Source: Candidatus Velthaea sp.
GTDB lineage: Bacteria; Vulcanimicrobiota; Vulcanimicrobiia; Vulcanimicrobiales; Vulcanimicrobiaceae
Length of the DNA: 17,372 nucleotides
NCBI GenBank assembly: GCA_050012475.1
Contig: JBEKHC010000100.1
Span: forward strand, 1 to 17,372
Direction of reading: 5' to 3'
Every line of letters starts with the position of its first letter. Position 1 is the stretch's first letter. Under the pieces are notes generated by a model. The model was not told where the DNA came from. It did no database searches and worked only from the letters and a program-made list of their open reading frames with translations. The translations under genes were made by a program, and so were the position numbers. Below, in pieces: positions 1-7,906 of this stretch.

Positions 1-1
1 G

Positions 2-115
2 CGCCTGCGCGATCAAAATCAGGCGGAAGACGAGCAGCCGAAATGGGCGGAGTTGCTGTTCTCAACTCATCCTTCGCTAAAATCGCGGATCGCGCGGCTG
101 GAGGCGCAGGCGTAG
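2..115 (+). CDS. M48 family (Ste24/HtpX-like) metallopeptidase, C-terminal end (5'-truncated by window)
   Basis: Not in the ORF track. Frame 2 reads RLRDQNQAEDEQPKWAELLFSTHPSLKSRIARLEAQA*, with TAG at 113-115. 'LFSTHP...RI' is the typical C-terminal motif of M48 peptidases. Confidence 0.8.
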   Translation, partial: RLRDQNQAEDEQPKWAELLFSTHPSLKSRIARLEAQA

Positions 116-268
116 GTTGGGGTTACGCCCGCTCGCTCGTGCTGGAGCTGTCAGTGCGGTTTTTGTCTCACGACGGAGTCGCCGGCTTCGCATGCAAAGC
201 GCTCGAGGTCATGCGTGAGCCGCTCGAGGAAGGCTCGATCACGATGGGGTAGGAGGGAGAGAGCTTCA

Positions 269-440
269 AAACGAGGCCCCCCTGTCCTCGCGCGACGCGC
301 AAATTCTCGATGCGCAAAGGTTCGGGCCGATCGTCGGGCGTCGCGATCTGGGCGAAAAGCGCGAAAATCGCTTCCGGGAGAGAAGGCGCTGAGAGACTTA
401 GGCCCCGGGGCTCTCAGCGCCCCGAAAAGGGGACCTAAGC
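269..440. repeat. Degenerate direct repeat, copy 1 (partner at 1760-1937)
   Basis: Core 310-370 aligns ungapped to 1799-1859 at 55/61 identities (counted by hand). Flanking AAACGAGGCCCC-like motifs and a GGCGCT..AGCGCC stem are shared. Outer boundaries are approximate. Confidence 0.9.
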
Positions 441-668
441 CCGCGTACAGCGCCAGGTGCGCGGCGCAAAGTCTTTGGGCGATGCGCTCGGCGGTTCGGC
501 GTCCATAACGTCTTCACATATTCTGGACATTTGCAGGGATAACATCATCCACCACTTTTCTCGCATTTCTGCTCGCGGCGGCGCTGCGGGTCTCCGGATG
601 TCGGCGTAACTTCGCTGGCTCGTGCGAACGATTTCCACGAAGACGCCTCTCCAACGAAAGGTGTCAAA

Positions 669-1472
669 ATGCTTGGTGGAGCCATTTCAATCGTCGTAGT
701 CGCGCTGATCTTCGCTTGGGGCTCCCTTCGAGTGCTGCGTGAATACGAGCGCGGCGTCATGTTCACGCTTGGCCGATTCTCTCGCGTTAGGGGCCCGGGC
801 TTGATCTTTCTGATTCCGTTCATCCAACAGATCGTGCGCGTGGATTTGCGCACCGTCGTCATGAAGGTTCCGAGTCAAGACCTCATTTCACGCGATAACG
901 TGTCCGTCAAAGTTGACGCGGTCTTGTATTTTCACGTGGTGGATCCCGAAAAATCAGTCATCGCGGTCGACCACTTCGGTCCAGCGACGAATATGTTGGC
1001 ACAGACGACGCTTCGATCCGTGCTCGGGCAACACGATCTCGACGAAATGCTCGCGGAGCGCAAGAAGCTCAATACGGACGTACAGGATATTCTCGATTCC
1101 CGCACCGAGGCTTGGGGCATCCAGGTCAGCGCAGTCGAGATTCGCGACGTACAACTCAGCGAGAACATGGTCAAGGCGATCGCGAAGCAGGCCGAGGCTG
1201 AGCGCGACCGCAGAGCAAAGGTCATTCACGCCGACGCCGAGTTCCAGGCCGCGCAGACGCTCGCCAACGCGGCTGAAATCCTTGCTTCAGTCCCGAGCGC
1301 GATGCAACTCCGTTATCTGCAAACGTTGACGGAGATTGCCGGCGAGCATAATTCGACCGTCGTCTTCCCGATGCCGCTGGACATCATAAAACCGTTCTTG
1401 GACATCCTAGGCAAGAATGCGGCCACGGCGTCGCCGGCGTCCTCGTTGAACCTCGGACTTCCTGCGTTGTGA
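669..1472 (+). CDS. SPFH domain (stomatin/slipin, band 7) membrane protein
   Basis: 267 aa with an N-terminal hydrophobic helix and motifs YERGVMFTLGR, VDLRT, ISRDNVSVKVDAV, AQTTLRSVLG, AKQAEAER and AMQLRYLQTL. AAAGG RBS lies just upstream. Confidence 0.95.
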   Translation: MLGGAISIVVVALIFAWGSLRVLREYERGVMFTLGRFSRVRGPGLIFLIPFIQQIVRVDLRTVVMKVPSQDLISRDNVSVKVDAVLYFHVVDPEKSVIAVDHFGPATNMLAQTTLRSVLGQHDLDEMLAERKKLNTDVQDILDSRTEAWGIQVSAVEIRDVQLSENMVKAIAKQAEAERDRRAKVIHADAEFQAAQTLANAAEILASVPSAMQLRYLQTLTEIAGEHNSTVVFPMPLDIIKPFLDILGKNAATASPASSLNLGLPAL

Positions 1473-1657
1473 TACCGTCATCCGAAGAGCATGTGCGGTT
1501 TTCGAGCGGCGAATGCAGATGAGAAGAAAATCGCTTGCTCTCGAGCCGCACTTCCGGGTGACGCCCGAAGCCGATCTGCTCGACCATTCTCATCGAAGTT
1601 CTTCTCCGCCGTTAGCGTGAATCTCACGGCTCGCGGGCCAGTGCCATACGGAGGTGC

Positions 1658-1683
1658 GCCACCGGGGATACTTCCCCGGTGGC
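1658..1683. other. Perfect 11-bp inverted repeat (GCCACCGGGGA-tact-TCCCCGGTGGC)
   Basis: Seen directly. No U-tract immediately follows, so its role is unclear. Confidence 0.6.
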
Positions 1684-1718
1684 CGATCCGTTTTGTACGC
1701 ACCGTCAACCCCTCCGTT

Positions 1719-1752
1719 AGAGGCTCGAGAGAAGGCAGAGGCTCGAGAGAAG
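1719..1752. repeat. Tandem duplication of the 16-mer AGAGGCTCGAGAGAAG (period 18)
   Basis: Exact copies at 1719-1734 and 1737-1752, just before repeat copy 2. Confidence 0.85.
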
Positions 1753-1759
1753 TCTTTGG

Positions 1760-1937
1760 AAACGAGGCCCCTCTCCTCGATCGGAGTGCAAAGCTCCAAT
1801 GCGCAAAGGTTTCGGCCGATCGCCGGGAGCCGCGATCTGGGCAAAAAGCGCGAAAATCGGTTTCGGGTGGCGAGGCGCTTAGAAACGAGGCCCCCTGCCG
1901 TCGCACGAGGCGTCAGCGCCCGAAGCCCCAAGGGGTC
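1760..1937. repeat. Degenerate direct repeat, copy 2 (partner at 269-440)
   Basis: See copy 1. This copy contains GAAACGAGGCCCC twice (1759-1771 and 1882-1894). Confidence 0.9.
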
Positions 1938-1981
1938 GATCCGAAGGTTGGCTTCTTTGCAGCCTTGCTATTCCACTCGGT

Positions 1982-2398
1982 TCGAAACTCGCCTACTAGC
2001 CAGCCCAGCACTTGCAGAAAGGTTGCGAGACTCGTTGGCTCATTTAGACTCTGCCATTCGAGCGAAGGTCGTTTTCGTATCTAGTCCTCCCGAATCTGAA
2101 CGCCTGGCAATGTGTTCAGGCGTTGTCGCAGTTGTTCGCGAAGGTCGGCGGAGTCAAACGGTGGCTTCATTGCAAGATATTCAAAACCGATCTCAGCACG
2201 TCCGTATGTCCAGAGCGTGACAAATACGACGTCCGTTGCTCTTTGATACCGCGGAGGCTCGCGCAGCGCAGTTATCTGGATCGAACCATCCCGCTTTCCT
2301 CTTCCGAAATAGGGTATGACGTTGTCGCAACCATCGGCCCATTCAACCACCTCGCGAAATGGAGCTGCGGCACTTTGTCCCGCGCGCTTTTCGAGATC
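1982..2398 (-). pseudogene. Fragment of a conserved hypothetical protein with an internal stop
   Basis: Frame reads QDLEKRAGQSAAAPFREVVEWA...LWTYGRAEIGFEYLAMKPPFDSADLREQLRQRLNTLPGVQIRED*IRKRPSLEWQSLNEPTSLATFLQVLGWLV. Protein-like sequence continues through the TAG at 2081-2083. I recall the 'PPFD...LNxIPGV...RPS' pattern from an uncharacterised family. The N-terminus is missing. Confidence 0.6.
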
Positions 2399-2448
2399 CT
2401 GAGGTTGCCCCGAGCGGTATTCCGATCATAGCTGAGAGCGATTACGCA

Positions 2449-2622
2449 GTTTCAGAACGTTACGAGCGCGGGACGATGATCGTCACCTCAAACAAACCGT
2501 TTGAGCTGTAGGCCGAAATGTTCGTCGATTCGATTCTCGCTAACGCCGCCCTGGACCGGCTCATTCATCCCGCGCACGTGGTGCCGATCGCCGGTGAGAG
2601 CTACCGCATGAAGGATCGCCGA
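2449..2622 (+). pseudogene. istB: IS21-family helper ATPase IstB, C-terminal remnant
   Basis: VSERYERGTMIVTSNKPFEL*AEMFVDSILANAALDRLIHPAHVVPIAGESYRMKDR matches the IstB tail (RYERGS.IITSN.PF..W...F.D...A.LDRL.H...I.GESYR). The conserved Trp has become TAG at 2509-2511. There are no Walker motifs and no istA. Confidence 0.9.
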
Positions 2623-2634
2623 CCGCTCCGTATC

Positions 2635-2952
2635 GGGGATGTCGAGGTCAAGCTTCGCAAACATCGCACGCAGCGGCAGTACCAAGTCGGGAATGATCGC
2701 AGGCGAGTAGCTCTCAACCGACGCGTCGATGCGCTCGTACGTGCCGGCGCTGTCGAAGACGTCGACGTAACGAGCATCTGGATCAGCGATGAGCACCAGC
2801 GAGACGCCCCAGGTCAGATACTCTTTGCGCTTGGCTTCGACGTCCTTGGGCCGGTCATCGGGCGAAAGTATCTCGACGACGATTTCGGGCGGGACGTTGG
2901 GGCTTTGGCGGTCTTTTTTCGACAACGGCCGCAAACGCGCGAACGACAGTAA
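2635..2952 (-). pseudogene. Uma2 (DUF820) family PD-(D/E)XK-like endonuclease, N-terminally truncated
   Basis: Lies inside ORF 2488..3333: LSFARL...PPEIVVEILSPDDR...KRKEYLTWGVSLVLIADPDAR. The upstream 'PD' motif and N-terminal half are absent. The rest of that ORF is antisense to istB and the S53 gene. Confidence 0.75.
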
Positions 2953-3142
2953 CGTAGAGTCGATGGCTTCCCCAGAGTTCGAGCGAAGTATTAGAGGGGC
3001 CGAAAGTCCCGGCGGTTTCCGTGTGATTTTGCTAACGTCGTTTGTAAAGCGACCGATAAGCTCTTCATAGGTTGTGCGCGCACGGTGACCGGTCTGGGGT
3101 TCCGCGACGGCGCAGCCCGTTCGCTCGTCACTCGGGAGATCG

Positions 3143-4678
3143 ATGAAAGCTTTGTACGCCGGCATGGCTGCCGGGGTTGTCTTTTCGCTGTGCGCCACGG
3201 TCGGGGCGTCGGCGATGACCGGCCCGACCGCAGCGTCGGCGCTTGCCCTGCAGCAGGCGCGGTCGCGCTCGAATGTTCCGAATTTGGGTGCGATCCACAC
3301 GTTCACGATCCTCACCCGATCGAAAGCCGACAACGACGTAGCCGCCGTCGCCGCCTACTTCAAGGCGTTCGGGATGAGCGTGCAAACGCTGAAGAACACG
3401 AAGAACCTGCTCGTCACGGGCACCTACGCACAGGCGGAGCGCGCGGGCCACACGAGCCTCCAAACGACGCATCTGCGCGGTGAATCCGTGGTCCGAACCG
3501 CAAGTCGCCCGACGTTTCCGGCAAGCATCGCGAATCTCGTCGCCGGCACCTCGATCTCGCCCGGCCTCCACTATCGGCCGATGTCGATCATCAGCGCGCC
3601 GCGTGTCCAGTCGTTCTTCGGGCCGGCCGCGACCGGATACACGCCCAGCGATATTGCCTCGATCTACAATGCGAACCCGGTGTACGCCGCGGGGATCAAC
3701 GGCAGCGGCGTCAACGTCGCGATCGCCGCGTGCTCGGATGTGACCGTCGCCGACGTGACCCAGTTCGGCAGCGATTTCCATCTGCCGCCGCTGCAATTCA
3801 CGAAGACGTACATTGACGGCAGCGCGCCGGGCTACGTCGATGGCGAGGCAATCCTCGACGCCGAACGCGTGTATGCCACGGCTCCGGGAGCCAAAATCTT
3901 CGAGTATCTCGCGCCCGATTGCACGGACGCCGAGATCGTCGACGTGTTCGCCCGCATTGCCGAAGATTCGGCGACCTATCACTTCAGCGGTGCATCCTTC
4001 TCCTACGGCCAGAACGAATCCGAATACGCAGCGCAGGGCGTCGCCAACGATCTCTTCGATACGAGCGCAGCGATCGCGGAACTCGCCGCCGCCGGCGTTC
4101 CGCTCTTCGTTTCGTCCGGCGATTCGGGCGCCTGGAACAACGAGTTTCAGCCCGACGTTTCGTATCCGGCCTCGGATACCAACGCGATTGCCGTCGGCGG
4201 CACGACTGTGCTCGAGACGACGGTGCGCAATCGGCTGAGCGAAACCGGCTGGGCCGGCAGCGGCGGCGGAATCTCGAGCATCTTCTCGGTTCCCAGCTAC
4301 CAGTATGGACTCGCCGGTGCGGCGTCACGCGTCTACAAGAACGTCCCGGACGTCGCGATGCTCGCCGATCCCTATACGGGTGCGGCGACGTACGCACCCG
4401 ACGCGTTCGGCCTTCCCGGCGAAATACCGATGGGCGGAACCAGCGTCGCGACGCCGACCTTCAATGGCGTCTGGGCACTGGTCAACAGCGCTCGCCACGC
4501 CCACGGGAAGGCGAACGTGACCGGCGCGGCGGCAGCGCTCTACCTGCACGCCCGCGACTTCTACGACGTTAACGTCGGCGACAACGGCGTCTATCCCGCC
4601 AAAGCGGGCTACGACAACATGACCGGTCTAGGCGCGCCCGACATCACGCGGCTCGTCTCCGATCTGCTGCGCTGGTAG
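3143..4678 (+). CDS. S53 family serine peptidase (sedolisin/kumamolisin-like), secreted
   Basis: Signal peptide and prodomain, then GYTPSDIASIY, catalytic E/D in GEAILDAE, oxyanion Asp in SSGDSG, VPDVA, catalytic Ser in GGTSVATP, and the Ca-site GYDNMTGLG. GGGAG RBS upstream. Confidence 0.95.
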   Translation: MKALYAGMAAGVVFSLCATVGASAMTGPTAASALALQQARSRSNVPNLGAIHTFTILTRSKADNDVAAVAAYFKAFGMSVQTLKNTKNLLVTGTYAQAERAGHTSLQTTHLRGESVVRTASRPTFPASIANLVAGTSISPGLHYRPMSIISAPRVQSFFGPAATGYTPSDIASIYNANPVYAAGINGSGVNVAIAACSDVTVADVTQFGSDFHLPPLQFTKTYIDGSAPGYVDGEAILDAERVYATAPGAKIFEYLAPDCTDAEIVDVFARIAEDSATYHFSGASFSYGQNESEYAAQGVANDLFDTSAAIAELAAAGVPLFVSSGDSGAWNNEFQPDVSYPASDTNAIAVGGTTVLETTVRNRLSETGWAGSGGGISSIFSVPSYQYGLAGAASRVYKNVPDVAMLADPYTGAATYAPDAFGLPGEIPMGGTSVATPTFNGVWALVNSARHAHGKANVTGAAAALYLHARDFYDVNVGDNGVYPAKAGYDNMTGLGAPDITRLVSDLLRW

Positions 4679-4712
4679 CCTCCGCCAACGCCACAACCAT
4701 CATCGTGCCCCC

Positions 4713-4770
4713 GCGAACGCGTACCCGCGCGTTCGCCGGGCGCCGCGCCGGCCGCCATCCGACGCGGCGC
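4713..4770. terminator. Two GC-rich hairpins between convergent genes (possible bidirectional terminator)
   Basis: GCGAACGCG/CGCGTTCGC (4713-4736) and GCGCCGCG/CGCGGCGC (4740-4770). No U-tracts. Confidence 0.4.
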
Positions 4771-4789
4771 ACCCCCCACACGTCGTCGG

Positions 4790-5500
4790 TCACTCATAAT
4801 CGGCGTCGCTGGACTCGTGCTTGCGATCCAGACTTGCGTCCAACCAGCGCACGAACGGCATCGTATCGCGAATGCAGGTGCGAAAAAGATCGAACGCATC
4901 GCCGCGCGAGAGCTCCACGTCGGTGAAGGACCGCGACACCATGTACCGGCGCGCGCGGATGTAGTCGCCGCGCGGGTGCTCGCGCGGAAAACCCGCCGGC
5001 ATGCGGACGAGCGGATCGGTCGAGATCGGCAGGTAGGCGCCGAAGCGTTTGCTGCGCATGAGCCGCTCGAATGCGGCGTCGCCGTCCGCGAAGCGCCGGC
5101 GCAGATCGGCGAGCATCGGTTTTTCCGGCACGTGCACTCCCGCCGCGAGCATGCTCTCGCCGCCGGGTTCGAGCGCAACGTAGAACCCCGGCGTCGATCC
5201 GCGCCAGCCGCGCGGCGAAAGAAACGCCGACAGCCGCGTCTTGTACGGCGTCTTGTCGTTCGAGAAGCGAACGTCGCGGTAGATGCGAAAAATGCAGCGC
5301 CGCGGCTCGACGTACGAGAAGCGCTCGTCGTATTTTGCCGCCGCGATCAACAGACCCGCCACGAGGTCTTCGAAGCCGGGGCGCAAGACCGTGTCGTAGG
5401 CCTCGCGATGTTCCTCGAACCAAGCGCGATCGTTATTTTTCCGCAACGCGCGCAGAAAGCGGAACGCGGCCGCGATGTCGAGCGGCTGGCCCGCGTTCAT
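4790..5500 (-). CDS. DUF2461 domain (TIGR02453 family) protein
   Basis: Starts MNAGQPL, with FLRALRKNNDRAWFEEHR and IFRIYRDVRFSNDKTPYKT. The ATG overlaps the upstream stop (ATGA at 5497-5500). Confidence 0.92.
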   Translation of the reverse strand: MNAGQPLDIAAAFRFLRALRKNNDRAWFEEHREAYDTVLRPGFEDLVAGLLIAAAKYDERFSYVEPRRCIFRIYRDVRFSNDKTPYKTRLSAFLSPRGWRGSTPGFYVALEPGGESMLAAGVHVPEKPMLADLRRRFADGDAAFERLMRSKRFGAYLPISTDPLVRMPAGFPREHPRGDYIRARRYMVSRSFTDVELSRGDAFDLFRTCIRDTMPFVRWLDASLDRKHESSDADYE

Positions 5501-6579
5501 CGGCTGCCGGCCGGGACGGACGCCAGATCGTGCCACATCCGCTCGGCGATCGCGTCCCAGCTTTGCGCGCGCGCGGCTGCCTCGCCGCGCGCGATACGCG
5601 CCGGATCGGGCTGCAGCGCGGCTCGCGCGGCCGCGACGAACGCCGGCGTGCCGTCGGCGATGAAGGCGCTGTCGGCGTACTGGCGCACGACGTCGGGGAT
5701 CGGCGTCGAGACAACCGGCCGGCGGGCGGCGAAATACTCCAGCGTCTTGGTCGGCGAGATATTCTCGGTCGCGCGGTTGCGCGCGAACGGCATGATCGCC
5801 ACGTCGATCCCGCTCAGGAACGACGGCAAACTCGCATACGGCTGAATGCCGGTGAAGTGGATGTTCGGCCGGCGCGGCAACACCGCCGGATCGATTTTCA
5901 CCACCGGCCCGACCAAGACGATGTGACCGTGCGGAAACGCGTCGGCCAGCGCGGTGAGGATCGCGATATCCATCCGCTCGTCGATCACGCCGACGTAGCC
6001 GAAGACCGGTGAGCGCAACTCGGCCGGCAGCGGATGCGGCGCGACATCCGAAGCGAAGCGCTCGAACTCGACGCCGCTGGGATAGCACCGCACTTTGGCG
6101 CCGGCGCTCTTACGCCGCTCGTACAACGACACGCCCCCGGTAAAGACGACATCGGCGCGTGCGACTAACGCCCGATCGCGTTCGCCGATCCCGGCCGGGG
6201 CACCGTCGAACGCCGCGAGTTCGTCCATACAATCGAACACCAGCGGCGCGGCCGCGAACGCGTCGGCCAACTCGAGCATCATCGGCGTGTACAGCCACAC
6301 GCCGACCGCTTCGCGCGAAGCATCGATGAGGCCCCGAGCCGTGGCGATCGCCGCGCCGTCGACGAACGGCAAGCTCCAGCCGCGGCGCCGGACGGGCCGC
6401 ACGATCGTGACGTTGCCGTCGTGCGTTATCTCGTCACGATCGTCCTCACCCGCCAACGGCTCTTCGATCACGACGACCGGGACGCGGCGCGCGAGCCGTG
6501 AGAGCAGGTGATGCGGCCGTTGCCACACGCCGTCCCAGCGCAGGTGCAAGCCCGCGACGAACGCTTGCGGCAACGTCAT
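5497..6579 (-). CDS. Glycosyltransferase (GT-B, group 1/GT4-like)
   Basis: HLRWDGVWQRPHHLLSRLA, WLYTPM, FDCMDEL, ADVVFTGG, GYVGVIDERMD, ISPTKTLEYFAA and PVVST. The start overlaps the upstream stop (ATGA at 6576-6579). Confidence 0.92.
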   Translation of the reverse strand: MTLPQAFVAGLHLRWDGVWQRPHHLLSRLARRVPVVVIEEPLAGEDDRDEITHDGNVTIVRPVRRRGWSLPFVDGAAIATARGLIDASREAVGVWLYTPMMLELADAFAAAPLVFDCMDELAAFDGAPAGIGERDRALVARADVVFTGGVSLYERRKSAGAKVRCYPSGVEFERFASDVAPHPLPAELRSPVFGYVGVIDERMDIAILTALADAFPHGHIVLVGPVVKIDPAVLPRRPNIHFTGIQPYASLPSFLSGIDVAIMPFARNRATENISPTKTLEYFAARRPVVSTPIPDVVRQYADSAFIADGTPAFVAAARAALQPDPARIARGEAAARAQSWDAIAERMWHDLASVPAGSR

Positions 6580-7901
6580 GCGAGGGCCGCGCCCGCGGCG
6601 CGCACGTGGCAACCTTCGGGCAATCCGGCAGCGCGCATCGTCACGAGCTCGTCCGGCGTTCGCAGACGCGTTTCCCGCTCCCACCAACCGCGCATGCCGC
6701 GGTCGTCGATCGTTTCGCCCCGCGCCAACGCCTGGACCGCAGCGGCAAGCAACGTCGGCTGCGGAACCCCGTGCGGACCCGCGAAGGTGTAGATGCCATC
6801 TTCGACAGCGTGCGCGCGGTCGCGCAAAAGCGAATGCCAATCGACCATTCCGAATGCCGCCCACACCCCGACGGCGCGAAGATCGACGCTCTCCGCGCGC
6901 AGCGCTTCCACATCCGCGACATGCTCGGCGAGCCAGCGCACCCGCTCGAGCGGCGGTGCGTCCACGTGCACTTCGCCCAGCGCGAGCGGCAGCCGCAAAC
7001 GCCGCGCGGCGGCCCGCAACAAACCGAACGCGCGCGGCGCCGGCTCGCCGGCCACGTACACGGCGGCAACATCCCCGATGCTCGCGTCCGCACCCGAAAA
7101 CACATACCGTTCCGAATGTGGATAGTGGTTGAACGCGACGAGCGCAGGCTCCACGGCGTGCGCGGCGATCGTCGCGAGTTCCTTCGGCGTCACCGCACAC
7201 CGCTGCACGAGAAAGCCATAGAGCGGGTGGCCCGCGTCAACTCGCCCGGCCAACAGCTCGATCGACAAGAACCCACGCTCGCGCAGAAAATCGACGTACG
7301 CCGCGACGCCCGCATCGGCCGCGGTGAAGCGCTGCAAATCCTCGGTGACGACGAGTTGTGCCGCGGGATCGACAGCGCGGATCCGCTCCATGGCATACAA
7401 CGTCGCCAGCGTCTGATGGACGAGCGCGCGGCCGAACGCTGCATCGTCGCGGCGGTTCGGGTACCACACGCCGTAGAGCGTCGCAAAACGCGCCGTCGTC
7501 AACGGCTCGTTGATCGGCGTCCAGCGATCGACGCCGGGCAAAGCCTGCGCGGCGGCCGCGGCGTAGTCGGCGAAGAGTTCGGGAAAGGCGGGGTCGAGCA
7601 GATCAGTGTACCGCGGACCCGAGCCGTGATGCAGCAGGGTGACGATCGGCGTGACGCCGCGTGCGCGCAAGCGCGCGATCCCGGCCTGCTGCGCACGAAA
7701 ATCGCGGACTCCCGGCGCGTCGGGCGCGACGTGTTCCCACAGCACCGGGAACCGGCAGCCGCCGACGCCGAGATCGGCGATCCGGTCGACGTCGTCGGCA
7801 CGCGCCGACCAGCCCGTTTCGGCACACTGATCGCGCACCGTGACGGCATCGACGCGCGCGACCGTCGGCTCCGGCGAAGCCCAAATCTCGAGCGGGCCCA
7901 A
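6576..7901 (-). CDS. Family 1 glycoside hydrolase-like protein (clan GH-A)
   Basis: LEIWASPEPTVARV, RFPVLWE, LLHHGSGP, acid/base TPINEP, LYGVWYP and a likely nucleophile in LGEVH. The start is inferred (TTG at 7901); the upstream part of the track ORF overlaps the folK fusion. Confidence 0.82.
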   Translation of the reverse strand: MGPLEIWASPEPTVARVDAVTVRDQCAETGWSARADDVDRIADLGVGGCRFPVLWEHVAPDAPGVRDFRAQQAGIARLRARGVTPIVTLLHHGSGPRYTDLLDPAFPELFADYAAAAAQALPGVDRWTPINEPLTTARFATLYGVWYPNRRDDAAFGRALVHQTLATLYAMERIRAVDPAAQLVVTEDLQRFTAADAGVAAYVDFLRERGFLSIELLAGRVDAGHPLYGFLVQRCAVTPKELATIAAHAVEPALVAFNHYPHSERYVFSGADASIGDVAAVYVAGEPAPRAFGLLRAAARRLRLPLALGEVHVDAPPLERVRWLAEHVADVEALRAESVDLRAVGVWAAFGMVDWHSLLRDRAHAVEDGIYTFAGPHGVPQPTLLAAAVQALARGETIDDRGMRGWWERETRLRTPDELVTMRAAGLPEGCHVRAAGAALA

Positions 7902-7906
7902 CCGAA

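Noticed and set aside
149..170. TGTCAGTGCGGTTTTTGTCTCA as a TG-initiated transposon end
   Set aside because: I found no matching inverted partner or target duplication in the window.
275..300. TCCTCGC resembles the L3 loop of HDV-like ribozymes
   Set aside because: No P3 or P1 pairing can be built around it in either repeat copy.
1758..1800. GGAAAC...GCAAAGC resembles a c-di-GMP-I riboswitch
   Set aside because: It lacks the GNRA tetraloop and receptor, is not conserved in copy 1, and has no downstream intact gene.
269..1937. CRISPR array or integron attC interpretation of the repeats
   Set aside because: There are only two long degenerate copies with no regular spacers, no RYYYAAC...GTTRRRY boundaries, and no cas or intI genes.
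215..2084. ORFs 215..508 and 1491..2084 share a peptide (CAKV.ADRR..RSG.KARKS)
   Set aside because: The similarity simply reflects the DNA repeat. The frames diverge at indels and the composition is not protein-like.
2081..2511. Two neighbouring pseudogenes both interrupted by in-frame TAG: amber recoding or readthrough?
   Set aside because: The istB stop is a simple TGG to TAG transition, both genes are also truncated, and TAG is a normal stop for M48, S53 and the folK fusion.
2488..3333. Full 281-aa ORF as an intact gene
   Set aside because: Only the middle is Uma2-like. The ends are antisense to the S53 gene and to istB.
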